A stretch of 59,211 nucleotides of DNA from a virus (IMGVR_UViG_3300042857_000012:1-59211); one strand, 5' to 3'. Positions 19,212 to 28,108 are shown, numbered from the stretch's first letter. Notes: generated by a model not told the origin, from the letters alone. Translations and numbers: made by a program.

Positions 19212-20372
19212 TCAGTCCTCGAGGTAGTCGGCCAGCTTGTAGCCGGCGGCGCGCTCGAGCTTGCCGCGCGCCCGGTCGTAGCGGCGGGTGGTCCGCGGGT
19301 CCTTGTGTCGGGCCGAGTCCTGCATGTCCCGCAACGACACCCCGGCGTCCAGGCCGAGAGTCACGAATGCGTGCCGCAGCATGTGCGGGGTCAGCCGCAC
19401 CGGCAGCCCGGCGCGTTTGCCAACCCGCTCCACCGCGAGCTCAGCCTGCCGGTGGTTCAGGGGACGGCCGCCGGGGTTAGCCAGCAGTGGCCCGGTCAGA
19501 TCCTCGAGGTCGACCCCGGCCGCGGCGGCGCGCGCCTCGAGCAGCCGGTCGATCGCCGCGATAGTCGGGCGGGGGATCGCCACCTCCTGCGTCTCCCCGC
19601 CCTTCCCGGTGATCCGGATGATGCGGTGGCCGCTCGAGGCGCCCACGTGCTCGACGTCGACCCCGACGGCCTCGAAGGTGCGCAGGCCGCAGTGGACCAT
19701 CAACGACAGCAGCACCGCCTCGAGCGGGCTACCCACGCGGGTGGCCGCATACCAAACCTGCTGCACCTGATCTTTCGTAAGGCCGACTGTGGGGGAGAAG
19801 TCCGGATCCACTCGAGGTCGGGTGGCGTGCTTGACGGGGTTGTGGTCGGCGATGTCTTCGGCCTCGAGGTAGGCGTACAGCGAACTGACCGCAGCCAACC
19901 GCCGGGCGACCGTCGTGGGTCGAGCCGGCGCTACGTCCTCGGTGCCGCGGCGCTGGTGTTCCGACCAGGCATCAACGTGCCGCCGGCGGGCCTCGAGGAG
20001 ATGGCAGCCCGCGTGCTCGAGCCACGGCAGCCAACCAACATCGTCAGCGCGTGGCTCGAGCCCCTTGCCGGTGAGGCTGAGTCCGAGGTCGTTGGCGTAC
20101 GCCTTGCGGGTGTTCGGGGACTGGACGGACAACAGCCACGCGAGGATCACGCCGCGCAGGTCGTCGTCGGCGAGCACATCGCGCACGGCCAGTGCTCGAA
20201 CCGGACCCTCCCCATCCCCAACGTGGATAACGTGAATTATGCCCGTGGGTGGGGAGGGGTTCGGGCTCGAGGTGCCCACGGCATGCTCCTGAGAATCCGC
20301 ATTCCCGGGCCCGATGTAGTGGGGGTCGGAAGTGGTGCCCGGCCCATCTTGCGGAGTATGTACGTCAGCCAC
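19212..20372 (-). CDS. tyrosine recombinase (XerC/D-like resolvase); start uncertain
   Basis: SPNTRKAY..DL, TVARRLAAVSSLY, GLRTFE, GKGG, PHMLRHAF, ARHKDPRTTRRY (R-K-H-R-H-Y intact). Confidence 0.93.
   Translation of the reverse strand: MADVHTPQDGPGTTSDPHYIGPGNADSQEHAVGTSSPNPSPPTGIIHVIHVGDGEGPVRALAVRDVLADDDLRGVILAWLLSVQSPNTRKAYANDLGLSLTGKGLEPRADDVGWLPWLEHAGCHLLEARRRHVDAWSEHQRRGTEDVAPARPTTVARRLAAVSSLYAYLEAEDIADHNPVKHATRPRVDPDFSPTVGLTKDQVQQVWYAATRVGSPLEAVLLSLMVHCGLRTFEAVGVDVEHVGASSGHRIIRITGKGGETQEVAIPRPTIAAIDRLLEARAAAAGVDLEDLTGPLLANPGGRPLNHRQAELAVERVGKRAGLPVRLTPHMLRHAFVTLGLDAGVSLRDMQDSARHKDPRTTRRYDRARGKLERAAGYKLADYLED
20220..20247. other. dif/Xer-like recombination core site
   Basis: AACGTGGATAA-CGTGAA-TTATGCCCGTG: 11-6-11 layout, arms 8/11 inverted identity, ATAA-N6-TTAT core. 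Confidence 0.55.
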
Positions 20373-20562
20373 GGTTCCTCCGCTTCGGCAAGCGCATCTC
20401 CACGTTGTGGACTCGGCACCACGGCGGTGACGCTGTACGGGAAGGCCGCGCAGACCGGACCGCGCAGCGCCGGCGTGGGCAGACGTACCAAACAGACCAA
20501 ACAGATCCAGACTGGCCGTATGCGCCCTGGAGCCGGGCGGCTCCCCATCTGCTGTTGACCAT
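20365..20562 (-). CDS. small Cys/His (Zn-finger-like) protein
   Basis: TGATG overlap; CPRRRC...CRVH. Confidence 0.5.
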   Translation of the reverse strand: MVNSRWGAARLQGAYGQSGSVWSVWYVCPRRRCAVRSARPSRTASPPWCRVHNVEMRLPKRRNRG

Positions 20563-20858
20563 CACGCCGCCGCCTTCCGGTCGATCTGCCCGGCCTGTGC
20601 GGCTTCCTTGCGGGCCTGACTGCGGATCGTCTCCCACCGCCGTGGGCTTGTACCGGCGCGGATGCCGTACTCGTCCCCGGTGTCAGCGAGAGCGTCCTGC
20701 AGGCACTGCGCGGCAACGGGGCACGAGGCGCAGATCCGGCGGGCCTCCACGGCGAGACCGGCGTCCGGATACCACAGCTCGGGGTCGGTCTGGGCGCACA
20801 CTGCCATGCGCTGCCAGCCGGGCGCGGGGCGTTCGAACAACTGGGCAGTGGCGATCAT
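20562..20858 (-). CDS. WhiB-family transcriptional regulator
   Basis: W..MAVCAQTDPELWYP, ARRICASCPVAAQCL, YGIRAG. Confidence 0.9.
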   Translation of the reverse strand: MIATAQLFERPAPGWQRMAVCAQTDPELWYPDAGLAVEARRICASCPVAAQCLQDALADTGDEYGIRAGTSPRRWETIRSQARKEAAQAGQIDRKAAA

Positions 20859-21202
20859 GACGCCGCCTTTTGGCCGGTCCACGGCAGCGTCAGTCCGTCA
20901 TCACGGCGGCGCGGCACGACGTGGACATGCAGGTGCTTCACGGTCTGCGTGGCCTCCGGGCCGACCGACGTGATGATGTTGCAGGGCATGAGCGCCCGGG
21001 CCATCTCCGCGGCGGCGACCATCACGGCGCCGGTGGTGATCGGGTTCTCGGCGGCATGGTCGACGTGCCGGCGCGGGACGACGAGCACGTGCCCGTCGGT
21101 GACGGGGTTCGGCGGCTGGAAGGCGACGGCGTCGGACCACTGCCGGTCGTAGTCGCCGGCCTTGATGCGGTCGCAGAACGGGCAGGTGGTCGGGGCGGAC
21201 AT
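20855..21202 (-). CDS. HIT-family nucleotide hydrolase
   Basis: CPFC, GHVLVVPRRH, QTVKHLHVHVVPR histidine triad. Confidence 0.92.
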   Translation of the reverse strand: MSAPTTCPFCDRIKAGDYDRQWSDAVAFQPPNPVTDGHVLVVPRRHVDHAAENPITTGAVMVAAAEMARALMPCNIITSVGPEATQTVKHLHVHVVPRRRDDGLTLPWTGQKAAS

Positions 21203-21268
21203 GCCGCTCCCCCTCTCGATGGGCGGTGGGTGCCGCCGGGTAGTCAGGTACCCGGCGGCAGGGCAGGG

Positions 21269-21694
21269 CTACTTCAGGCAGGTCGGCGCCGGATCGGTCT
21301 GGCTGCTGACGACCTTGCCGCCCGCGGTCACGGTGGTCGTCATGGGCTGGCCGGACGGGATCTCGTCGACGACCAGCCAGCCGTACTGGTCCCGGGTGTC
21401 GGTGCGCAGTTCGGTGCCGTCGCGGAGGACCACGGAGGCGGACACGGGCTGGCCGGTGTAGGACTGGACGTCTGCCTCCACGGCCGCGAAGCCGGGGTGC
21501 GCGTCGGAGCAGTACACGCCGATGTACGAGGACGCGGGAACGTCCGCGGTCTTGTGCTGGGCCAGGACGTAGCCGACGGTGCCGGTCACGGCGCACATTG
21601 CGGCGAAGGTGGCGAGCGCGCGCAGCCGGCTCTTCGGCTGGCGGCCTTCCGGCTCAGCGGGTGCGGTGGTGGGTCTGTCGAGGATGTTCTTCAC
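21269..21694 (-). CDS. membrane-anchored exported protein
   Basis: GGGGAG RBS; one TM, then a beta domain with two Cys. Confidence 0.65.
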   Translation of the reverse strand: MKNILDRPTTAPAEPEGRQPKSRLRALATFAAMCAVTGTVGYVLAQHKTADVPASSYIGVYCSDAHPGFAAVEADVQSYTGQPVSASVVLRDGTELRTDTRDQYGWLVVDEIPSGQPMTTTVTAGGKVVSSQTDPAPTCLK

Positions 21695-21723
21695 GGTGGT
21701 CTCCCCCGTAGGTTGGGTTTGGG

Positions 21724-21933
21724 TTATGGACGTCTACGTCTGGACGGGCTCGCGGCCCGCAGTTCAGCGGTCGTGCCGCAGGCTTTGCAGAACGTCTCGT
21801 GCAGGCCGGCGCCGTGGACGTTGCGGTACTTGGGTCGCTGGTGCCGGTGGTAGCCGGCTTTCAGGTCGCGGCGGCAGCGGCCCCGGCCGAGGAAGCGGAT
21901 CCCGGCCAGCCGGACACGCTGGGCCTTCATCAC
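21724..21933 (-). CDS. small basic Zn-finger-like protein
   Basis: Overlaps upstream stop; C..H.H..CKAC. Confidence 0.5.
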   Translation of the reverse strand: MMKAQRVRLAGIRFLGRGRCRRDLKAGYHRHQRPKYRNVHGAGLHETFCKACGTTAELRAASPSRRRRP

Positions 21934-22286
21934 CGCGTCCCGGTGTGGCGGCTGTGGATGTAGAGCGCGACGGCGAAGATGAGGAGCGCGGTGAAGTAGA
22001 CGGCGGCGTACCGGGCGAACCGGCGGTCACGTCCGCGTTGCTTGGCGAGTTCGGCCTGCTTGGCGACGGAGTCCCGGACGCGTGCTTTGCGGACAAGGTG
22101 GTGCATCCGCAGCGAGTAGGCGCACTGGTGGGTGCATACCACCCACTGGCCGCACAGGTCGCACATGTCGACCTCGCTGCTCCGGTTCCCCAGTCGGACG
22201 GTGATGCTCATGTTGTGGTGGAGGTGTTCGGGGCTGGGGTTCCGGGCGCAACTCCGGTGGCCGACCAGGATCTCCGCGCCGGCCAT
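21930..22286 (-). CDS. Zn-ribbon protein with C-terminal TM anchor
   Basis: TGATG overlap; C..H.H..CDLC..C.H.C; terminal YAAVYFTALLIFAVALYI. Confidence 0.6.
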   Translation of the reverse strand: MAGAEILVGHRSCARNPSPEHLHHNMSITVRLGNRSSEVDMCDLCGQWVVCTHQCAYSLRMHHLVRKARVRDSVAKQAELAKQRGRDRRFARYAAVYFTALLIFAVALYIHSRHTGTR

Positions 22287-22591
22287 CACCGGCTCCCGAG
22301 GTACAGCAGGACAGCGACCACGGCGAGGATCGTCACGAACGCGAGGCGGGCCTGCCTCTTCCGGCGCTGCGCGACCAAGGCCGCAGCCAGCCGCGTTGCG
22401 GCCGCCCTCGCTTGGCTCTCCCGGGCGCGGCGGTCGGCGCCGGGCGCCGCCGTCTCCTGTAGCTCGAACACGGCCCCGCAGTGCCGGGCGAGGCACCGGT
22501 ACCGGTCGCCGCCCACGAGCTTCGAGGTCTGCTCGATCTTGTGATCGTGGTCCAAGCCGTAGCCGTTGACCTGTACGTACTGGACGGGCAT
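22286..22591 (-). CDS. Zn-ribbon protein with C-terminal TM anchor
   Basis: AAGGAG RBS; HDH..CLARHC; terminal LAFVTILAVVAVLLYL. Confidence 0.65.
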   Translation of the reverse strand: MPVQYVQVNGYGLDHDHKIEQTSKLVGGDRYRCLARHCGAVFELQETAAPGADRRARESQARAAATRLAAALVAQRRKRQARLAFVTILAVVAVLLYLGSR

Positions 22592-22605
22592 GTCGATCTC
22601 CTTAC

Positions 22606-23217
22606 TCAGTAGCCGATGTAGTCGTCGCCGGCCTGGACACGGCGAGCGCCGGGGATGGCCTCGATCGACCCGTACCGGCCGATCGCGTAGTGCGTGCAGG
22701 CGGCGATGTTGCAGGGCGGGTCGTAGATCCCCGCCGGGCCGCGCTTGCGGCATCCGGCCGGTGCGTGCGCTGCGTACGTCGGGGCGATGGCCTGCATCAA
22801 CCCCATCGACGGGGTGTGCAGGTCGGTGTAGTTGCGGTCCCAGCAGTTGATGGCGTGGACCTTGCCGCCGGACTCGTGGTTGATCGCGATGTGCACGATG
22901 CGGCGTTCGGTCGCGGAGTACGGGCGGTGCAGCAGCACGCCGGCCGCGGTGATCCACCGGTCGATCTGTGCGTCGCTGGCCGGCGTCTCGTCGTTGGGGT
23001 GGCACACCCCCGGTGCGTACTTACCGCCCTTCGTGCTGCCGCTGGGCAGCGACGGGAGCCGGTCCTGGATGACCTGCGGTACCCGTACGCCGTGGCCGGT
23101 GCCCGACTTGCCTAGGTGCCCGGCGAGCTGCGGCATCGCGGCCGGGCCGCCAATGGCCAACACCGCCGCCAGTGCGATCCACGGCTTACTCGGGATCCAC
23201 CCGCCACGACGCGCCAT
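22606..23217 (-). CDS. exported lytic transglycosylase (SLT)
   Basis: N-terminal signal/TM; HESGG..AINCWDRN..SMGLMQAIAPTY..IYDP..NIAA..YAIGRYGS. Confidence 0.88.
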   Translation of the reverse strand: MARRGGWIPSKPWIALAAVLAIGGPAAMPQLAGHLGKSGTGHGVRVPQVIQDRLPSLPSGSTKGGKYAPGVCHPNDETPASDAQIDRWITAAGVLLHRPYSATERRIVHIAINHESGGKVHAINCWDRNYTDLHTPSMGLMQAIAPTYAAHAPAGCRKRGPAGIYDPPCNIAACTHYAIGRYGSIEAIPGARRVQAGDDYIGY

Positions 23218-23693
23218 CAGGACCCCTTGGCCAGCGGGCACGCCCGGCACCAGAACGCGTACACCGCGACCAGCACCATCACAACCAGTGCCAGCGTCGT
23301 ACCGGCCGAGTCGACCACCACCATCGCGGTCGGGTTACGGCGAGGCACGAACGCCATCACCGCGGCGATGCCGTGGACGGCGAGGAGCGCGAGGTACATG
23401 ACCGCCCGCGCACCACGCGACACCGCGCGTCGCTCCGGCGAGTAGCCGGGCAGCAGCGCCCACAGCGCGACCGTCATCACGAACGCGGCGGCGGCGTACG
23501 ACGGATTCCCGTCGGGTGCCCCGTTGACGATGCCGGTACGGACAGCCCCGTAATCCGCGAGGGCCAGCAGCGCGAGGCCACCCATGATGGTGAGCCGGGG
23601 CTGGTCGAACATCCCCGCCTTCTCGGCGACCGTAGGCACGGGCCGGGCTGGCAGCGGAGCCTTCGCCGCGACCCGCTCGCTGACCGAGGGCAT
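23217..23693 (-). CDS. 4-TM membrane protein
   Basis: TGATG overlaps at both ends; four hydrophobic segments. Confidence 0.7.
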   Translation of the reverse strand: MPSVSERVAAKAPLPARPVPTVAEKAGMFDQPRLTIMGGLALLALADYGAVRTGIVNGAPDGNPSYAAAAFVMTVALWALLPGYSPERRAVSRGARAVMYLALLAVHGIAAVMAFVPRRNPTAMVVVDSAGTTLALVVMVLVAVYAFWCRACPLAKGS

Positions 23694-23794
23694 CAGCGCC
23701 TCGCCGCGAAGCCGGCCAGCAGGCCGAGCACGATCACGGCTACCGCGATCAGCGCGTGCGTCCCGGCGGCGGCTGCCTGGACGGCCGCCGTCAC
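23693..23794 (-). CDS. 33-aa single-TM peptide (MTAAVQAAAAGTHALIAVAVIVLGLLAGFAARR)
   Basis: Not in the ORF track; stop/start overlaps at both ends. Confidence 0.55.
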   Translation of the reverse strand: MTAAVQAAAAGTHALIAVAVIVLGLLAGFAARR

Positions 23795-23964
23795 CGGACA
23801 CTCCGCTTCGCGTCGCGCGACACCAGCGCAGCGAGTACGCCGACGATGATCGCAGCGACCCCCGCGACCGCGAGGCCCTGAGTGCCAGGCTTCTGGTCGA
23901 GGCCGTAGCCGACGAGCAACGCCGACCCTCCGACGATGCCGAGAGCGGCCAGGATTTTGTACAC
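23791..23964 (-). CDS. 57-aa two-TM protein (MYKILAALGIVGGSALLVGY...)
   Basis: Not in the ORF track; AAGGGG RBS; GTGA overlap. Confidence 0.65.
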   Translation of the reverse strand: MYKILAALGIVGGSALLVGYGLDQKPGTQGLAVAGVAAIIVGVLAALVSRDAKRSVR

Positions 23965-24019
23965 AGCTATCCCCTTCGATCCATTCAGTGGGAGTGGTGG
24001 TGCCGCTATTCAGCGGCGA

Positions 24020-24553
24020 TTAGCCCTGCGCCCATGCTGGGCAAGGGCGGAATACCAGCGAACTGCCACGTGCGAAATGCCAGAGCGTTCCGTTGGAGTC
24101 GAAGTGTGCGATGTACTTGATGTTGTCCGCACCAGTGAATGCGACTCCGGACTGTTGCACGTCCTCGTGTTCGCGGTGCTCACCCCACCGGTACTTCTCG
24201 TACACCGGGGTCACGGTGAACACGGTGGTGTCGGTAAAGTCAGCCAAGTCAGGGGGACCTTCGGCGACCAGGAGCCAGGGCACCTCGCACGCCTGCCCGT
24301 CTGGCGACTGCTTGAACGGCACATGGCCGCTGACGTCGACCCAGCCGACCTTGAACCAGTTGTCGAAGTCGCTGATCTCGGCGCACGACTTGCCATGGTC
24401 ATATCTGGTCGGTGAGCACGATGACGGTGATGATGGTGTCGGTGAGGCCAGCGCCGGGCTCGCTTGCCCCGCCGCATCCGCCGCCGCGTTCGTGCAGCCA
24501 GCCGCCAGTACGCCGAATGTGGCGACCGTGGCCAGCAGTAGGCGGGTACTCAT
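24020..24553 (-). CDS. lipoprotein
   Basis: MSTRLLLATVATFGVLAAG-C lipobox; Ser/Pro linker. Confidence 0.75.
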   Translation of the reverse strand: MSTRLLLATVATFGVLAAGCTNAAADAAGQASPALASPTPSSPSSCSPTRYDHGKSCAEISDFDNWFKVGWVDVSGHVPFKQSPDGQACEVPWLLVAEGPPDLADFTDTTVFTVTPVYEKYRWGEHREHEDVQQSGVAFTGADNIKYIAHFDSNGTLWHFARGSSLVFRPCPAWAQG

Positions 24554-25032
24554 CGCGGACAGCCGTGCGGGTAGTGAGGCTCGTCGTCGGCACTCAGGCT
24601 CACGAACCGCAGTTCGTGCCCCGCTAGCAGCTCGTGCCCGTCTGCCAGTTCAAACCGCCCGGACACCATCCATACCGGCCAACCCCTACTCGGGAGAAGG
24701 CGGACGCGCACTGGGTGTGCCCCCGCGCTGCCCAAGAGGCCCGGGTTGCTCGGGCCGGTCGCCACGATCCCAGCGGAGCTGTCCAATCGACACACGGTCT
24801 TGCCCTGGTCGATCGTCTGATAGAAGACCTCCGGACCGAACCAGGCGGTCTCTCCGGGCTCCATGGAGAACAGCACCCTGGATGCTGGCCCATCGATCAA
24901 CGTTGGTGAGGCCAGAGGCGGGTTCGTGCTGGTTGATGGGCCGGACGAACTCTGCTCGGCGGTCGTCGTCGCTGTGCAGCCGGCTATCAGCACACCGAGT
25001 CCGGCGAGCACGGCCAGCAGGATCTTTCTCAC
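24550..25032 (-). CDS. lipoprotein
   Basis: MRKILLAVLAGLGVLIAG-C lipobox; Ser/Thr linker; ATGA overlap. Confidence 0.75.
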   Translation of the reverse strand: MRKILLAVLAGLGVLIAGCTATTTAEQSSSGPSTSTNPPLASPTLIDGPASRVLFSMEPGETAWFGPEVFYQTIDQGKTVCRLDSSAGIVATGPSNPGLLGSAGAHPVRVRLLPSRGWPVWMVSGRFELADGHELLAGHELRFVSLSADDEPHYPHGCPR

Positions 25033-25544
25033 TTCTCCCCCTTGATCGGTATGCGGCGGATGGCTATCACGCCGCTGTACACCTTGCGTTCAGACACAGG
25101 CACGCCGGCCTGCGGTGCTTCGATCAGCCGGCCGCCGCCCTCGTAGATCGCGACGTGGTGCCCGCCGTCCGGGTACACCCAGAACAGCAGGTCCCCCGGC
25201 CGCGCGTTCTTGATCCCGCCGTGGACTGCTGTGCCGGCGTGCTGCTGCTCGGCGGCCGTACGCGGCAGCTGCACCCCGAGGTCCCGGTACACGCGCTGGG
25301 TGAACCCGGAGCAGTCCATGCCGGCCCGGGTCTCCCCGCCCCACACGTACGGCACCCCGAGGTACCGGCGGGCTACGGTGACGACCCGCTGGTCCTGGCT
25401 GCCGGTGCTGTGACAGGCGGTGCAGTCCTGGAGGCCGGAGACCGTCCGGGTGCTGTGGATGACGGAGGCCACGGCGTCGCGGCCGGCTGGGGTGGTGACC
25501 AGCAGGGACGCCACCGCCAGCCCGGCCACGGCGCGGTACCTCAT
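25029..25544 (-). CDS. secreted NlpC/P60 (C40) peptidoglycan endopeptidase
   Basis: Signal peptide; YLGVPYVWGG..DCSGF..LPRTAAEQ..PGDLLF..HVAIYEGGG..IEAP. Confidence 0.92.
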   Translation of the reverse strand: MRYRAVAGLAVASLLVTTPAGRDAVASVIHSTRTVSGLQDCTACHSTGSQDQRVVTVARRYLGVPYVWGGETRAGMDCSGFTQRVYRDLGVQLPRTAAEQQHAGTAVHGGIKNARPGDLLFWVYPDGGHHVAIYEGGGRLIEAPQAGVPVSERKVYSGVIAIRRIPIKGEK

Positions 25545-25753
25545 CGGACCAGGCTCCGCAGGAACTCGGCCAGTGCGCCGGCAGCATCACCGACGCCACC
25601 GAAAGCGTCCTGAACGAGATTCGCTGACTCGTTCGGTTCCGTGACCACGTAGTACATGACCACGGCGATGGCGGCGAACAGCCCGAGCTTCTTGTAGTTG
25701 AGGCCGCCGGTCAGCCCGGCGAGACGACGGATGCCCTCGCGTAGCCGGTTCAT
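25541..25753 (-). CDS. small single-TM membrane protein
   Basis: KKLGLFAAIAVVMYYVVTEP..SANLV then an amphipathic helix; overlaps at both ends. Confidence 0.7.
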   Translation of the reverse strand: MNRLREGIRRLAGLTGGLNYKKLGLFAAIAVVMYYVVTEPNESANLVQDAFGGVGDAAGALAEFLRSLVR

Positions 25754-26304
25754 CAGCCGACCAGCCGCGACAGCATGCCCGGCTTGCCGGTCATCAGGTA
25801 CGCCGTGAACCGCTGCGCCCAATCACCGAGCCCAGCCAGTCCGCGCAACAACAACGCCACGGCCGCCCGGCCCGGCTCGACCTGCAGCGCGCCGAACACC
25901 ACCAGCGCCGCCACAACCACGATGGCCGCCGAGATCCCCGCCCAGTTACGACGGCCCTCGACCACAGCCAGCGGGTCCCGCCGGCGGACCTTGTTCACCG
26001 CCAACACCACCCACACCACCAGCACGGCACCCGCGATCGCGGCACCCAACTGGACATGCTGGTTGCTGACCATCCACCCGGCGCCCGCGTCACGGACCCG
26101 GATCGGCTTACCCGCGTGACGGGTATGCCCGAGCTTGTCGGCGAGCGGCCCAGCCCAGTTGTGCAGAGCCGCCCACATCTTCTGGATGCTGACGTTCAGC
26201 GGCCGGACCGCGGCGACCACAGCCACCGCCGAGCCGATCGCCGCGACACGCAGCACGATGATCCCGGCCTTGCGGGTGCTGGCGTCCAGTTCTCCGACCG
26301 TCAT
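25753..26304 (-). CDS. multi-TM membrane protein
   Basis: GGGGGAG RBS; 3-4 hydrophobic segments. Confidence 0.7.
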   Translation of the reverse strand: MTVGELDASTRKAGIIVLRVAAIGSAVAVVAAVRPLNVSIQKMWAALHNWAGPLADKLGHTRHAGKPIRVRDAGAGWMVSNQHVQLGAAIAGAVLVVWVVLAVNKVRRRDPLAVVEGRRNWAGISAAIVVVAALVVFGALQVEPGRAAVALLLRGLAGLGDWAQRFTAYLMTGKPGMLSRLVG

Positions 26305-26323
26305 GACTCCCCCTTCCCTGTCA

Positions 26324-26500
26324 TCAGAAGTACTGACCGACCCAATGCCACACGTTCACGGCGGCCCCACCGACATCTGCGACGAACCCGACGACGGCGC
26401 CCTTGAAGCTGTCCGGACGTTCGACCGCGGCGTATGCGATGAACAGGCCGACCAGCAGGACCCCGGCGGCCTTGGCCACCTTCTTGACCGCCTTGGTCAC
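26324..26500 (-). CDS. 58-aa single-TM protein (MTKAVKKVAKAAGVLLVGLFIAYAAVERP...)
   Basis: Not in the ORF track; GGAGG upstream; same architecture as 25541..25753. Confidence 0.65.
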   Translation of the reverse strand: MTKAVKKVAKAAGVLLVGLFIAYAAVERPDSFKGAVVGFVADVGGAAVNVWHWVGQYF

Positions 26501-26528
26501 GAGATGCCAGCCCTCCGCCGGCGACGCC

Positions 26529-26915
26529 TCACCGGCCGGCCCGGGCCTGGCGTCGGCTGAACACCGAGCCGACCAGCAGGACCACGCCGGCGATGGCGAG
26601 GAACTGGAAGGTCAGCCGCTCGTGAGTGGCGGTCTGGTGGACGCTGGAGGTCACCACGTAGCAGCCGGCGATGGCGCCGATGAACGCGGTGAGTACGGCG
26701 CGGCTGTCGCTCTCGATGAGTCCGCCGATCACGAACGCGGCGGCGGCCAGGGTGATCACGTACAGGCCGAGACCCTGGGACGGGATACCCGGAGTGGCCA
26801 GGACGAAGCCCGCGGCCAGGATGGCGGAGCCGGCGGCGTACGCCCACTGCGCCGGGGAACTGGGCCGCCAGAAGTCGCGGCGCTCCTGCGGGGGCATGGC
26901 GGTGATGGTGTTCAT
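26529..26915 (-). CDS. 4-TM membrane protein
   Basis: GGAGG RBS; ATGA overlap with the ATPase stop. Confidence 0.7.
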   Translation of the reverse strand: MNTITAMPPQERRDFWRPSSPAQWAYAAGSAILAAGFVLATPGIPSQGLGLYVITLAAAAFVIGGLIESDSRAVLTAFIGAIAGCYVVTSSVHQTATHERLTFQFLAIAGVVLLVGSVFSRRQARAGR

Positions 26916-28108
26916 GGGGTTCCTCCCCTGTTCGCGGACCAGGCGGTCCGGTCCGGATCCGCGCCCAGTCGCAGGGCGCGGTCGTATTCGTGTTGGCGCA
27001 CCAGGTCTTGGCTGTACGTCAGCCCCAGCTGGGCGCTCAGGTGGGCTTGCTCGGACCGGGGCAGGTACGCGCCCCGGAACATCACCGGCCAGCCGGTCAG
27101 CGGGTCGAGGTAGTAGCCGACCCCTTCCAGCGCCATCGGGATGCGGTGCGCGGCGGCGCCGGCATCGGCGCCCACCCCCAGCGCGGGCGTGATCATTGAC
27201 GCGTTCGGGACGCGGTGCAGGATGCGGCCCGGGAAGAAGTCGCGGACCGCGGCCAACGCCGCCGACTCGTCCTTGGTGGAGGTCTGCGTCACCAGCCACA
27301 GCACGCACGCCGCCTCCCGGCCGGTCTGCGCGACTTCCTTCACGCGCCGGGTAGCCGTCCGCTGCTGCGCCTGCGTCCCCCGACCGAGCAGGGTCAGACC
27401 CTCGCCGACGATCAGGACTTCCAGCGGCTCCCACGGCCGGGGGGTCAACGCGTAGTCCTCGATGGGCCACGACTCGCGGTCGGCGTACCGCTGGTCCATG
27501 CGGTCCCCGAAGTGGTCCACGAGGTCCACGCAGTCGCCGTGGTCCCTCGCGTACTGGTCCACCCCCAGGGACGTGGACCAGTCCACGAAGTCGCCCTTGT
27601 TGTCGGCGAGGGTCACCCGGACCGGGACCTGCTGGACCACTAGGCCACGGAGCATGGACCGCAGGGTCATCGTCTTACCTGACCCACTGGCCCCCGTGAC
27701 CAGCTGCGACCCCCTCCACCAGAAGGTGGCCTGCTGGCCCGGTATCGCGGTGACCCCCATCGGGGCGTGGTCCTTGACCCCCTGGACCGGGGCCAGTTCA
27801 CGCCAGTCAATGACCCGGGCCAGTGGATGGGTCAGGTACACGTGGGCCTTCAGGGTCCGGGTGTCGATCGGCTCCCACGCGATCGTGTCCGCGCCCAGCT
27901 GCCGCAGCCACGTCTCCTCCGACTTGATCACGTCCTGCGGGCGGACGCGGGCGTCGGTGAGGTCGAGCGTCAGCGTCGCGCCGGACTCCCCCGCGGGCAC
28001 GGGCGCGCCCACGAGCCGTACGCGGTCCGGCCACGGTGACTCCCCTGTCCCCCCGCGCGCGCGGGAACGTGTCTGCCCGGCCGCGGGCGGGCGCGTGAAG
28101 CGGCTCAT
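26912..28108 (-). CDS. FtsK/SpoIIIE-family (TraB/TraSA-like) P-loop ATPase
   Basis: LVTGASGSGKT Walker A, LADNKG, MDQRY, VLIVGE (Walker B with D>G), GREAACVLWLVTQ, VRDFFPGRI..R, GVGY. Confidence 0.85.
   Translation of the reverse strand: MSRFTRPPAAGQTRSRARGGTGESPWPDRVRLVGAPVPAGESGATLTLDLTDARVRPQDVIKSEETWLRQLGADTIAWEPIDTRTLKAHVYLTHPLARVIDWRELAPVQGVKDHAPMGVTAIPGQQATFWWRGSQLVTGASGSGKTMTLRSMLRGLVVQQVPVRVTLADNKGDFVDWSTSLGVDQYARDHGDCVDLVDHFGDRMDQRYADRESWPIEDYALTPRPWEPLEVLIVGEGLTLLGRGTQAQQRTATRRVKEVAQTGREAACVLWLVTQTSTKDESAALAAVRDFFPGRILHRVPNASMITPALGVGADAGAAAHRIPMALEGVGYYLDPLTGWPVMFRGAYLPRSEQAHLSAQLGLTYSQDLVRQHEYDRALRLGADPDRTAWSANRGGTP

Noticed and set aside
25408-25424. CTACH heme-c motif in the NlpC/P60 protein
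   Set aside because: A single short motif in a linker with no cytochrome context; probably chance
26912-28108. Type VII secretion EccC or T4SS VirB4/VirD4
   Set aside because: A single ATPase domain, with no WXG100, mycosin, relaxase or second ATPase recognised
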